Positions 46,701 to 55,663 of a DNA stretch of 64,000 bases are shown here, piece by piece (within the stretch, counting starts at the first letter, position 1; every line of letters starts with the position of its first letter). A program made the translations under genes and the position numbers. A model generated the notes under the pieces. It saw nothing but the letters and a program-made list of their open reading frames with translations, was not told the origin of the DNA and did not search any database. The DNA is from a virus. The stretch covers positions 1 to 64,000 of IMG/VR virus record IMGVR_UViG_3300046698_000540. The stretch is one strand, 5' to 3'.

Positions 46701-48269
46701 CTCATTACGAGCTTGTTCCGTCTCCAGAGCTTGTTTTCGCAAATCTAGGTCATGCTCAAGACCCGGTATGGCTGCGGCTGCTTTTGCTTGCCTGTCGGCT
46801 TCTACGCTTTTTAGCCGCTCCTGGAGAGCCAGAATGTTTGTGACATGATTGCCCTCTTTGTCCAAGAGATCGTTGATGTCTATCTTTGCTTGTTTAGCCT
46901 CCAATATACTTCGTGCTTCCGCTCCCTGGGCATTTGCAATCATGCGCTCCAAAGCGAGCTGGTTCTTTTCCTCCGTGGAAATAAAGTGGTACACGCCCAA
47001 CTCGGCTTCTGTAAACTGGGACTTCCCGCTGCGAATATCTTGCAGGCGCGTCTGCAAGTCGATCATGTTCTGAACTTCTTTTTCCAGATCCTGGGTCAAT
47101 GCCACGCTGCCCTGCAACTGCTGCGCCAAGGTAATCAGCGCTTTCGTTTCTCCCGCGGTGTGAATTTCCCACGCGGTAAATGCGGAAACGACCGTGAGCA
47201 CCGCCATCGCCGCCAGAACATAAGGGTTCGTCGCCATGAAAACGCCTAGAGCTCTGAGCTTCAGCAATGTGGTGGCGCCTTCAAACCCGAGGACGGTCAG
47301 GCCAACGGATAGAGCTTTGACGGCCCCTAGAAAGGCCATCGTGCCTGTGATCGTGGCTACGAAAGATCCTCCCACAACATAGACCCAGGGGGGAATGCTT
47401 TTCAGAATCGCCGCCAAACCTTCAAGAGCTTTGATTCCTTGCAGCATCACCGGAACAAAACCCTGCCCGATCTGTTCCTGGACATCCTCTACCAGTCTTG
47501 GAAGGGACGTTATGCGCTTGCCCGCGTCCTCCATGGCGGTGGTGTATGCACCCGAAACCTTCCCGGCCTCCACCAGAATCACATTGAGAATGGCTTGGCT
47601 TCTCTCCAACTGCGTAAGTGAATCCGCCGTCCGGTTTATGGACGAAGCGTATTCCTCAAAAATCGAAGGAAGGTTCTTGACGATTCCGTACTGCCGCAAC
47701 TGCATCACGTAGTTCGTTTGAATCGCATCGGTCAAGGTTCCCAGGGCCTGGGAAGTATCCTCTCCGGAAACCACGGCAAGATCCCGCGCTGCCGTCGCCA
47801 ACTTGGTAGCATCCGTAAGCTGCAATTGCGACCTGATAAATTGCAGGGTGATATCGATCGATTCTTTGTGTGTGATGTTCAAAGCCCGCAAACCTGAGAT
47901 TTGCGCCTGCGCCGCGCCTGTGGAATAGTTCATGGTCTGCGCCGTCAGACCCATGACCGTATTCAGCACTTCGATTCGAGCCGCGAGAGCCGTGGACTCG
48001 ACTATGGTGCTGTGGATCATCTCCTTTACACCGTGAAGAGCCTCCCCAAGCAGTTGAGTTTGGGCATACAACTTCAACCAGCCCCCCGCGGATTTTTCCG
48101 CTTCCTGGCCGGAATCAAGAGCAGATTGACCCAGCCCCTTCAAGTCCTTGGACACATTCTGGATTGTGACCTGGCCGGTCTTGGCGTCCACCGCAATGGT
48201 GAGCTGGATCGTGCTGCCGGGCCCGCCACTACCAGGCGGAGGGGTTGGGGTCGTTGGCGCCACCGTCAT
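43704..48269 (-). CDS. tail tape measure protein
   Basis: 1521-aa Ala/Gln-rich helical protein with a hydrophobic segment, after the tail chaperones. Confidence 0.9.
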   Translation of the reverse strand: MTVAPTTPTPPPGSGGPGSTIQLTIAVDAKTGQVTIQNVSKDLKGLGQSALDSGQEAEKSAGGWLKLYAQTQLLGEALHGVKEMIHSTIVESTALAARIEVLNTVMGLTAQTMNYSTGAAQAQISGLRALNITHKESIDITLQFIRSQLQLTDATKLATAARDLAVVSGEDTSQALGTLTDAIQTNYVMQLRQYGIVKNLPSIFEEYASSINRTADSLTQLERSQAILNVILVEAGKVSGAYTTAMEDAGKRITSLPRLVEDVQEQIGQGFVPVMLQGIKALEGLAAILKSIPPWVYVVGGSFVATITGTMAFLGAVKALSVGLTVLGFEGATTLLKLRALGVFMATNPYVLAAMAVLTVVSAFTAWEIHTAGETKALITLAQQLQGSVALTQDLEKEVQNMIDLQTRLQDIRSGKSQFTEAELGVYHFISTEEKNQLALERMIANAQGAEARSILEAKQAKIDINDLLDKEGNHVTNILALQERLKSVEADRQAKAAAAIPGLEHDLDLRKQALETEQARNEKLQKLAAGGASPLAHPTVSRGLFSSYGDEAEKSTKQIENLKAGVASLEKEIEGLKHSASGVQLVPVDLNVTIGALGRLSSAISTNEALMRAHIKVTDVDKTAALQAAQAVTTVYADLDRNLTNVIQRRKELNLTETMVARAHQDQKDFAQQAVEFTAALGAKTQSAQETSALLAQQVEKIATSLAKAGENALIYQNVVEGVQQALQSLQEMRLSTHQKIVENQVREINNDIQGLQAENALLGARSKTAADIETIYKNEGKIADLQTAIVIMQDAWAAKTVLTTAASQAQVAAIEHARALLDSVLQVQEILLATQTSIAERTGQTYDQEEEAIRRRYQNEIDLIRNTTADKVLMEAQVAQKMEEADTAVFQARVQRATELASLDEARFNRELHLIEVQNTNASKQLENVDQQKRAITSLAEAQAQALGKDAALRLALIKQTGSVEAADKEIQARQDELRLAAQRQIADLQFTTETALLTMRNRELDILEQTSVAQGKLTAEEAARNKAGRDSSVQALDLLKNTTLTADQVKKWLDYQKELAEITKQQAQAQRLVGGDVKGQAQLDAAKTAQEYGASTKAVSGIMEDLTARLAPVQSQIEELNKKLEEGTITWQKYAGAVRDLTQPLETTAEALNHLFEGTLTTMGAYKAGMDLAVQATNALGKAVGSGGNVGKAMAQFVENMGAEVLQALSKYCLKQAGIHLMAGLADASSPLTAAAAAGEYRAAALWTAAAAAAGFAGGVLSGAAGGGGGGAASGSRGTAVGTPAPVSTKTAMEDNIIKLNDNLVVNNRVMQYAGQAYDKTGAQMFQMVKDINMLAASRSEGDRNFADQLADQLARRTQAGFQPGQMNQLFNNLSTYLVAEGQHSVQYAGILTSINTNLLESSQQQNSQARSMPTLLADRLAENLRGAQKVQNESGQVMIGLARQQLTELQKANEKNMVVSVDASTVLDAGALNTLTTSGFLKNTATYNRAVAGAVTTATQQNVNRQAMGRALGNGGI

Positions 48270-48648
48270 CCTCCTTCTTGATGGGGAAAGTAATCGAGTG
48301 CACCAGGTTCACCTTGTCGAGCACGTCGGTGTGCTGTTCCTTGGGCACATCCATGCTCTCCATTACCTGGTAAATCGCGCTGATGTTGATGCCAAGGACG
48401 GTTCCCAGACCTGCGACGATTACTTGATTCCAGCACCTGGCGTAGACTTCCCATGCCACGATATTTCCGGGCATCAGTTCCACGGCCGGGCAGTCTGCGC
48501 AGCGCTGGAACTTCGCGCTTTCCACCGCTTGGGTTTCGCCCACGGCTATGAGCTGGCTCCTGCACTGCTCGAAGATCTCCTGGCAGATTGCGCACGTTTT
48601 TGCGTATCCGCCCTGCTTCTGCCAGCGGGCGAACGCGGTCAGTTTCCC
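48229..48648 (-). CDS. -1 frameshift extension of the tail assembly chaperone (gpT-like)
   Basis: Slippery G GGA AAC at 48648-48642; -1 frame reads KLTAFARW ... LMPGNIVAWEVYARCWNQ. Confidence 0.8.
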   Translation of the reverse strand, partial: GKLTAFARWQKQGGYAKTCAICQEIFEQCRSQLIAVGETQAVESAKFQRCADCPAVELMPGNIVAWEVYARCWNQVIVAGLGTVLGINISAIYQVMESMDVPKEQHTDVLDKVNLVHSITFPIKKEDDGGANDPNPSAW

Positions 48649-49100
48649 AGTTCGGCGGCCTTTTTCTGCTCGTTGAAGGTATCGACCTTCTGCGTCACCG
48701 AGGCGAGCCACTGGTCGAATTCCAGGCTGTGCTCGATGAGCATTTCCTTGTTCTCGTCCGTGCAGGGAACTTCCAAATCGCCGGCCAGGGAAGAATCCAA
48801 CTTCAGAATCACCATGCTGCGCAGGACATCGATGGTGAGCCCCTTCCACTCCTGAATGACCTTGCGGGCATAGAGCTTCCGGAACTTCAACTTGTCCATC
48901 TCCTCCTCTTCCCGGAGGGTCCGCATGTTCAGCTTCGTGGTCTTGGCGGCCTCGAACATTTTCTGCATCTGCTGCTTGCCGTAGTAGGTGACTCGCAACC
49001 AGAACGGCGTATTTTGATACTGAACCCACACGCCTTCGTTTTCGGGGCGCGCGGTGTCAATGAGATCGGCTAATCGTACAGCTTGCTGTTGATCGTTCAC
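48639..49100 (-). CDS. tail assembly chaperone (gpG-like)
   Basis: ENEGVW ... IQEWKGL ... ends ELGN; between tail tube and tape measure. Confidence 0.85.
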   Translation of the reverse strand: MNDQQQAVRLADLIDTARPENEGVWVQYQNTPFWLRVTYYGKQQMQKMFEAAKTTKLNMRTLREEEEMDKLKFRKLYARKVIQEWKGLTIDVLRSMVILKLDSSLAGDLEVPCTDENKEMLIEHSLEFDQWLASVTQKVDTFNEQKKAAELGN

Positions 49101-49233
49101 GTGAAAAAGCCTCCTGATTCATTCTACATGGGAGGGGCGCCTATCCTGACGCCCCTCTCCCCAGGGTTCACGCCCTGGCACGTTGCCTGGCACCGGGAAA
49201 GGATCGGCCCAGGCGCGCGGACGCGGGGTATAC

Positions 49234-50550
49234 CTACGAATGCGATACGGTCGTTGTCGAAGAAGTGACCGTGCTCGAAGCCGCCGGCGCGAACATGAGC
49301 GCCGCCTCATCGTCGTACGACGGGCTGGCCGTGCTCTTGAACGAAATGGTGGCTGTCTTTTCGTCTTCGCCCGCCACGTTGGGGGATCCCCACTCGACCC
49401 GCGGACAGTGAATCTCGGCCAGGCGCCCGGTAGTTGCCGAACGATCCTGCATCGGGATAATCACGTAGTCCTGGTAAAGCGGATCGCGCAAAGCCTTGTA
49501 CATGAAGACAGGCAAATCGCGGTAGGCAAACACCGTGATCTCGCCTTCACAGGTCCTGGCCGCCGGCCGAACCACTTCCGTGGGATAGGGCTGGTTGTCT
49601 TTCAGATCGGCGTGGTACTTGTAGTTGTTGGTGATCGTCACCCTGGCCGACTGGATGATGTACGGCGTCGTAGGCAGGCTGGCGATCGCCTTCGTGGAGA
49701 TCGTGCCGCCGATGCGCATGATGCCGTACTTGCCGTACATCGGGATGCCCACTTCCGTGCCAGCGGGGAGGTACGGCGCCACGATGTCACCGCTTCCACG
49801 TGTGGCTGTGCTCGCCAGGGTGAGGATATTGTTCACGTAGTCTACCGCCGTCACTGTAGCCGTCGCTCCAAGCGCGCCTGTGGCGTATGTGATGAACTGG
49901 ATCATGAACTGGTCACCAGTCTGGCTGAGGAAGAACTTGCTGGCGTTCTCCACTTTGAGAGATGTGCCTGAGCCGGAATCCGCGGCGGTTACGGCATCCG
50001 TGCCGCAGAAACCATGCCGCATGAACTCGCCGGAAAAATTCGCCTTTGCCAGGTCGTTGCCCGCGCAGTTGAACTCTCCGACATTGGTGGTGGCTCCGCA
50101 GGCGTAGTACATCATGTGGCCCACTTTGAACCACAGCGTGAAGGTGAGGGGGACGGTGCCAGCCGGTGAAACCGACTGCAACAGGTATGCCCGGCTGTTG
50201 GCGCCGAACCAGGCGGTTTGCGTGGTGTCCGCAATTTTTCCAAACAGGCTGGCCAGAATGGGGTCCAATTCCGGAGCCGCCGGCGTTCCTGATGCGGCTA
50301 CGGTTTTGATAACCGCGGGGAAACTCCACTTGCCGACGTCGAACGATCCTGGGGTTGGGTCCAACTTCGACAAGGTGTTTCGGTATTGCGGGTCGTCAAC
50401 CATCCGCATCAACTGCTGTACCGATCCGGCGCCCGCCGCGAGAATGAGATTCATGCCTGACGCATTGGGAAGCACCTGTGTGCCGGGCGTCGTTTCCAGA
50501 CCGGCAAAAAGCTTGGTCTCCCGTGCTACTGCTACTACTAAGTTGTTCAA
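49234..50550 (-). CDS. major tail (tube) protein
   Basis: LETTPGT ... SFTLWFK-like segment ... YACGA ... ITNN ... RTCEGEIT; position; Ser/Thr tail. Confidence 0.75.
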   Translation of the reverse strand: MNNLVVAVARETKLFAGLETTPGTQVLPNASGMNLILAAGAGSVQQLMRMVDDPQYRNTLSKLDPTPGSFDVGKWSFPAVIKTVAASGTPAAPELDPILASLFGKIADTTQTAWFGANSRAYLLQSVSPAGTVPLTFTLWFKVGHMMYYACGATTNVGEFNCAGNDLAKANFSGEFMRHGFCGTDAVTAADSGSGTSLKVENASKFFLSQTGDQFMIQFITYATGALGATATVTAVDYVNNILTLASTATRGSGDIVAPYLPAGTEVGIPMYGKYGIMRIGGTISTKAIASLPTTPYIIQSARVTITNNYKYHADLKDNQPYPTEVVRPAARTCEGEITVFAYRDLPVFMYKALRDPLYQDYVIIPMQDRSATTGRLAEIHCPRVEWGSPNVAGEDEKTATISFKSTASPSYDDEAALMFAPAASSTVTSSTTTVSHS

Positions 50551-50565
50551 TGTTTTCTCCTTTCT

Positions 50566-51561
50566 TTAACCGATCAAGAAACTTTGGATGTACATAATCT
50601 GCAAGTCCAATTCTACGTCCACCACGGGGTACTCGCAACGATCCGTGCGAATCGCCAGGATGTCCACAGTTGCCACGCGGCCCCCCAAATCGGCATTGGT
50701 GCCCAAGCAGCTCTTGAGAGCCGCCACCCAAGTATCCACCGAAGCTGTGAATGTGGCCAGGTTCGTGTCCACTGCCAGAAGCCTTGTCGTGATGAACAGG
50801 GTCTTCTTGGTGTCCATCGAACCCTGGTACTGATACGGCTCGTTCGTGTCCTTGAACCAGATGCCGGGCGTGTAACGCGCGGAAATCTGCTCTGGGGAAA
50901 TGGGCCAGTTCCGCGCTTTTTCCACCCATACCAAGCTGGGAATGGCCCTGAAAGCGTTGCCCAGTGCATTGACGATCGTCTCCCTCCAAGGCTGCGTAAA
51001 AGGACCTGAAGGAAGCGCGCTTGTTGAGTCGGTGGAAAACGCGGCCGGAAGGGTCACTGTTGTGCCGGCGCCGGAGTCCACCACCTCGATATAGTCCGCC
51101 TCGTAGAGCACGGCAAACGCCGGGCTCTCATCGTCGGTGGATGTGTCTGCTTCGAGCCGGGTAATTCTTCCGCGGCGGGAAAGGCCGCCCCAGGTGGGAT
51201 CGGAGACCAGGACGGCGCGGGTATCGTCTATCAGGTCATCAAGCTGCACCACGGCGGATTTTCCCGTGCGGCCCGTGTCTTGCCGCGTGGGGACTTTAAC
51301 CTCGCCGGCGACGGTCATCTGGACCGTCTGCTGCAAGATGTCGGCCAGCATATGCCGGCCGCTTTCGACCGGATCCACCAGAAAAAGGCCGGGAAACTTG
51401 TCGTCGGAGATGCCGAACATCGAACGGTTCACGCTGCGCACAGTCGAGAGAAAGATGTGGGCGCTCCCGGAGGCGAGATTCGGGACGGGATTGCCGGCCT
51501 TGATCTTGCCCAAGGCCGTCTCCACCGCCTCAATAATCAGCGTGCGCGTTGACTTCGGCAT
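50566..51561 (-). CDS. tail completion/terminator-like protein, apparently two tandem domains
   Basis: Both halves read R..I...L..I ... P ... L..D..(W/L)GG; lies before the tail tube. Confidence 0.6.
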   Translation of the reverse strand: MPKSTRTLIIEAVETALGKIKAGNPVPNLASGSAHIFLSTVRSVNRSMFGISDDKFPGLFLVDPVESGRHMLADILQQTVQMTVAGEVKVPTRQDTGRTGKSAVVQLDDLIDDTRAVLVSDPTWGGLSRRGRITRLEADTSTDDESPAFAVLYEADYIEVVDSGAGTTVTLPAAFSTDSTSALPSGPFTQPWRETIVNALGNAFRAIPSLVWVEKARNWPISPEQISARYTPGIWFKDTNEPYQYQGSMDTKKTLFITTRLLAVDTNLATFTASVDTWVAALKSCLGTNADLGGRVATVDILAIRTDRCEYPVVDVELDLQIMYIQSFLIG

Positions 51562-51737
51562 TTCAACAATTCTCTGCGCAATTCCTCTGTGGTCATTGCC
51601 CGGTCCAGGTCCACGTAATAGTGGTGACCCAAAACGGCGTCTTCCACAGCGATCGCCAAAGGGCCTCCGTTGCTCAGAGCCTTGCGGACTTCTCCGACAA
51701 GAACATATTCCGAGGAGCTGGGTTCCACGTGCTTCTC

Positions 51738-52100
51738 CTACATCGAACGACCGTAGCCGGCATGGCCGCCAGGAAGCGCCGCGTGACCAAGGATGTTGAA
51801 ATCCTGGCCGGACTTTTTTCCTTTTCCTTTTCCATGGTGGGGGGTCCTCCATCCTCTGAATCCACCACCTTTGGCACCTGAATTGTCTCTTTCCAATTCA
51901 CTGATGTGCCCCAAGTGATGCAAGGATCCCCCGTATTTGCTTTTCTGGTACACATTACCTGTGGGCTTATGCAAAAACTGGCCGCCGGGATGACTTTTAC
52001 CCTGCTGCTCAAACTCATGAGCGGGTAACATCTCGCCGCCTTTTCCGTGACCGCTACCTTGGACGTGGTACTCGTTTAATTTACCTCTTGGAAATCCCAT
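51738..52100 (-). CDS. small basic His/Gly-rich protein with SGQDFNILGHAALPGGHAGYGR tag
   Basis: Shared C-terminal tag; N-terminus duplicated with 53167..53553. Confidence 0.8.
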   Translation of the reverse strand: MGFPRGKLNEYHVQGSGHGKGGEMLPAHEFEQQGKSHPGGQFLHKPTGNVYQKSKYGGSLHHLGHISELERDNSGAKGGGFRGWRTPHHGKGKGKKSGQDFNILGHAALPGGHAGYGRSM

Positions 52101-52129
52101 TTCAAACCTCCAAAACCATTGTGTCGGCC
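52061..52129. repeat. direct repeat, copy 1 (with 53502-53582)
   Basis: 49-bp identity 52081-52129 = 53534-53582, plus flanking similarity. Confidence 0.9.
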
Positions 52130-52131
52130 CG

Positions 52132-52644
52132 CTAGGCCGGTCCTACTACCGTCTTCTCCGAAGCCAGAGCCTCGGCAATTCTCTTCTTCAACCTGGTCAA
52201 CTCCGTCTGCACTTCCCGGTCCATTGCCACCTTGTCCACGGACTTTTTGGCGCCAGGGTGCCTCACTCGCGGCCCAAAAAACTGATCTCCGCTGGCGAAC
52301 TGGAAAGCCAGCACCTTGGCATGAACCGCCTGGATAGCGTGCCTTTTGGTCCCACTCTGCAACAGCGGCCAAATTTTCGCCGCTCGTGGGTCAATGTTCC
52401 GAATCAGGATCTTCAGCTTCGCGTGCGGCTCGTCCGTCTCCACTTCGCCTTTCCACCCGGCGCGCAATTTTCCCGGCGAAGGCTGGTTGGGATCCTTCGA
52501 CACCGGCGTATATTTCCGGTAGAGCTTTTCCAGGATGGCTGAGGACTCGACGGCGACACCCTTCAGCCGGGTGAACTTCAGCATGTTCTCCATCCGTTTC
52601 AGAACGGCGTCCATGCTGACCGAGATTTTGATGCCGTCGATCAT
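52132..52644 (-). CDS. HK97 gp10-like neck protein
   Basis: YTPV ... GKLRAGW ... GTKRHAI ... KVLAF ... VRHPG. Confidence 0.75.
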   Translation of the reverse strand: MIDGIKISVSMDAVLKRMENMLKFTRLKGVAVESSAILEKLYRKYTPVSKDPNQPSPGKLRAGWKGEVETDEPHAKLKILIRNIDPRAAKIWPLLQSGTKRHAIQAVHAKVLAFQFASGDQFFGPRVRHPGAKKSVDKVAMDREVQTELTRLKKRIAEALASEKTVVGPA

Positions 52645-52645
52645 T

Positions 52646-53170
52646 TCAAACCTGCGCGATCGCGGAAAAATCTTTGACTGAGTTCATGGCCGCCATGGCT
52701 GCCGGCGTAATGGCGTCCGTGTTGCCGCTCCACCACCAGTCCCAGGCCATGCTGGCGCGCATCGCAGCGATAAAAGAAAAAGCCCGCTCCTTCACCGCCG
52801 CTTCTTCCAAACCGAAGAACGGGTTGCTGTGAAGAACATCGCCGTCAAGGTTGGCGTATTCCTCCACCGATCCGAGCAGCCAGCACCTGAACGTCTTGCA
52901 TGTGGGCGGTTTTACGCCTTGAATTTCACAGGAGTGCTTGCCTTCCGTTCGGCTCAAAAAAGCGCAGCGCCCGTGAGACCTGGTGTTAAGAACCGGCAGA
53001 CTACCCGGCCTGTCTTGGGCTACCTCCACAGCCTCCACTCGGAGCAAAAAATCCGCTGTGGTGTTCAGGTGATCTGCTACCTCTTCCAAGTTGGGAACAG
53101 GAACCCCGTGCGCTACGTAGCAGCAGGCTCCGCACTGCTGGCAGAGTTCTTCGGTCCAGGGGAACTTCAT
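52646..53170 (-). CDS. YkgJ-family CxxCxxCC cysteine-cluster protein
   Basis: CQQCGACC ... CAFL ... CEI..VKPPTCKTFRC. Confidence 0.85.
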   Translation of the reverse strand: MKFPWTEELCQQCGACCYVAHGVPVPNLEEVADHLNTTADFLLRVEAVEVAQDRPGSLPVLNTRSHGRCAFLSRTEGKHSCEIQGVKPPTCKTFRCWLLGSVEEYANLDGDVLHSNPFFGLEEAAVKERAFSFIAAMRASMAWDWWWSGNTDAITPAAMAAMNSVKDFSAIAQV

Positions 53171-53553
53171 CGGCCGTAACCCGCATGCCCACCGGGAAGC
53201 CCCGCATGACCCAGGATGTTGAAGTCCTGACCGGATTTGCGACCAAATGGATTGTGCCCCGGCTTGCTGTGCGATTTGCCGGGATGTTTTTTGCCAAACT
53301 TGCCATGCTTGCCACCGGCGTTATGGTCGCCTGTTACCGGATCGAAGGTGCCTCCGTTCATAACATCATTGGTATAGTAGTGACCTAACTCACCGTGAAT
53401 GGTGTACCTCTCACCCGAGGAGTTTGGCCCAAAGTACTTTTCTGCTTCCTTATGCGAACCGAATGAGGGAGTCCCCATAGGCCCGTGCTTACTACCGCGT
53501 GGGACGTGGTACAAGTACTCGTTTAATTTACCTTTACCTCTTGGAAATCCCAT
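53167..53553 (-). CDS. small basic His/Gly-rich protein with SGQDFNILGHAGLPGGHAGYGR tag
   Basis: Shared C-terminal tag. Confidence 0.8.
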   Translation of the reverse strand: MGFPRGKGKLNEYLYHVPRGSKHGPMGTPSFGSHKEAEKYFGPNSSGERYTIHGELGHYYTNDVMNGGTFDPVTGDHNAGGKHGKFGKKHPGKSHSKPGHNPFGRKSGQDFNILGHAGLPGGHAGYGR

Positions 53554-53582
53554 TTCAAACCTCCAAAACCATTGTGTCGGCC
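53502..53582. repeat. direct repeat, copy 2
   Basis: See 52061-52129. Confidence 0.9.
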
Positions 53583-54469
53583 AGCAAGTCGATGAAGTTC
53601 TCTACCTTCAGAGAAACTGGATCGCTCATCGCGGCCAGCATGTTCCAGTTGACCGCCGCCAGGATGAAGTACCACGTCCCGGTCGGCAGCAGAGTGTACT
53701 CCATCCACAATTCGTTCTTGGCCATCTGCGCTTCCCCTGTCGAAATCCAGGGGCCTGAAACGCGCTCGAAGGCCAGCGTGTCGGAGTAATAGTCGTAGAT
53801 CGTGCGGATCACCTGCCAGGTTTCAAGAGGCGCCCGTGGATTCTGCGAAGCGTAGAAGCGAAGGTATGCGAGATCGCCTGTGTCCATCCGGGCCCAGTCC
53901 AAAACCAGGCGCCCGAAAGGAACGGCGATGTTCTGGAATCCTCCTGTGTCGGCCGGCGGATTCACCCTGGCGTTCGGATAGTAGAGGTAGGAAACCGACA
54001 GGAGTTTCGGCTTCGGAGGCGGCGGCGCAATCTGCACGGGAACCTTGGCGTGAATAAGCCTACTGTCCCGGACCAGGTTGCCAATCACGATGTCCCCGCT
54101 CACATTGTCTTGTGCGGCGATGCGATCGCGCTGGTAGTCGTACTCGTCCCGCAGCTCGTTAGCGGCGGTAATGAGCATCTGTGAATTGCCCGTCTTGTCT
54201 GCGGAAAAATTCGCGCCTACGGAAACTCGGGTATCTAGAGCATATTCCAGCGCCTTATCCCGGGCGATGCGGACCTTCGCCAGCAGCAGGATGAGCTGTT
54301 CTTCCTCCACGGGAACTGTTGCCCACGTGTAAGACTTGTTGTGCTGGCGAAGGGCCTCGAACAGGGCCTCGTTCAGGAGAGCATTGTCGAAACGCCGCTC
54401 TCCCGTGAGCCAGGAGATGTCTCCAAGCTGGCCCCGCATCGTTTCCCGTAATGCTGAAATAGTGGCCAC
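53555..54469 (-). CDS. head-tail adaptor-like protein with C-terminal Fn3/Ig-like domain
   Basis: LRETMRGQLGD ... FDNALLN; position after capsid genes; GTWYFILAAVN ... S.PVS. Confidence 0.6.
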   Translation of the reverse strand: MATISALRETMRGQLGDISWLTGERRFDNALLNEALFEALRQHNKSYTWATVPVEEEQLILLLAKVRIARDKALEYALDTRVSVGANFSADKTGNSQMLITAANELRDEYDYQRDRIAAQDNVSGDIVIGNLVRDSRLIHAKVPVQIAPPPPKPKLLSVSYLYYPNARVNPPADTGGFQNIAVPFGRLVLDWARMDTGDLAYLRFYASQNPRAPLETWQVIRTIYDYYSDTLAFERVSGPWISTGEAQMAKNELWMEYTLLPTGTWYFILAAVNWNMLAAMSDPVSLKVENFIDLLADTMVLEV

Positions 54470-54481
54470 TGCACCATCCGA

Positions 54482-55078
54482 TTATTCGTAGTACGGGTAA
54501 GCCAGTTCCTCCCGTATCAAGCCGTCGCGAACACTCTTCGGCACCTCGCACACCACGTCCTTCGTGAAGTAGTAGCGGTACGGCCCAATGAACCTGCTGC
54601 CGGTGAACCTGGGCCTCACCTTCACTACCTTTTCCTCCGAAACCAGAGCCTCATCGATGGGGCCAATCTGGATCTTCGTGCGAAGGTCCGCCCTGGAAGC
54701 CGGCCCGACCGGGGGAGGAGCTTGTGTGCTTGGATCGGTGAACACCGGCTTGGGCGCCGGCGGAGGGTCGTTGTAAAGGTTGGACGTTGTCGTAAGGCCC
54801 TGCGGAGGAAGCGGGATGTCGTTTGCCCGCGCGCCTTCGGCGAGCTGATCCATAACCGAACTGTTGAAAGCGGCCGGGGGGACTTCTCCCTTGAACGGCT
54901 TGCCTTCCTCGGTCTTTCCCGTGATTTCCCGCCCTCTTACAGAGTGTGACGTATCGGGTTCAGAATTCGTGTTTCTCGTGCCAGCAGGCAGCGGAACTTC
55001 AATCATTCGTTTCGGCTGCGGAAGTTTTGTCCGCTCCGGAACTGCCTCTGGAATATCCAGCGTTGTGTTCTTTGCCAT
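54482..55078 (-). CDS. hypothetical head-region protein
   Basis: Pro-rich; C-terminal YYFTKD ... VPKSVRDGL. Confidence 0.6.
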   Translation of the reverse strand: MAKNTTLDIPEAVPERTKLPQPKRMIEVPLPAGTRNTNSEPDTSHSVRGREITGKTEEGKPFKGEVPPAAFNSSVMDQLAEGARANDIPLPPQGLTTTSNLYNDPPPAPKPVFTDPSTQAPPPVGPASRADLRTKIQIGPIDEALVSEEKVVKVRPRFTGSRFIGPYRYYFTKDVVCEVPKSVRDGLIREELAYPYYE

Positions 55079-55159
55079 GGTTTTACCTTTCCTCGTTGCA
55101 ATCACCGCCCCTTTCGGGCGATACCTGATTGTACCGAAGCAGTGTTCAAGTTTGCGCTG

Positions 55160-55618
55160 TTACGCGCGGATGCGAATGCGCACGGCCATCTGAGGCGTAG
55201 CCACTCCGCCAGCGGAATGCTCGACGGAGAAGGTCAACACATCGTTCAGTTTGGGTGGCGCCTTCGTAGCGTCCAGTGTGAGAGTGAACGGAACGTACGC
55301 AGCCTGTGACACGGAGGCCGTGGTCAGGGAAGCCAGAACATCGGTCCCTGTGCCATCGCCCTTCCGGTTATACAGCTTGAACGTAACGTAGTTCGATCCA
55401 TTTGCGGCGATCGCAGCCTGCGCAATGACCTCAACCGAATCGATCTGAATGGGATCCGCGGCGGCGCCGCTTCCCTTCAGCATTTTGTCAAGGACCGTTT
55501 CCGCATCCGTGCCCGCGGTTCCCCGCGCGGCGATGGAATACTGCTTTTCTATGAAGTTGCGAACGGCCCCCTTATCGACAGGAACCGTTCCGACATAACC
55601 GAGTGCACCTATAGGCAT
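55160..55618 (-). CDS. capsid decoration-like protein
   Basis: Beta-rich 152 aa directly after the major capsid gene. Confidence 0.55.
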   Translation of the reverse strand: MPIGALGYVGTVPVDKGAVRNFIEKQYSIAARGTAGTDAETVLDKMLKGSGAAADPIQIDSVEVIAQAAIAANGSNYVTFKLYNRKGDGTGTDVLASLTTASVSQAAYVPFTLTLDATKAPPKLNDVLTFSVEHSAGGVATPQMAVRIRIRA

Positions 55619-55663
55619 TTTTCTCCTTTCATTTCGACCAGACTTTGACCAAACGCCCTGGCG

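Noticed and set aside
51738-51812. Tag as a sortase LPxTG signal or a DNA repeat element
   Set aside because: No Thr, hydrophobic anchor or signal peptide; synonymous divergence points to peptide-level selection.
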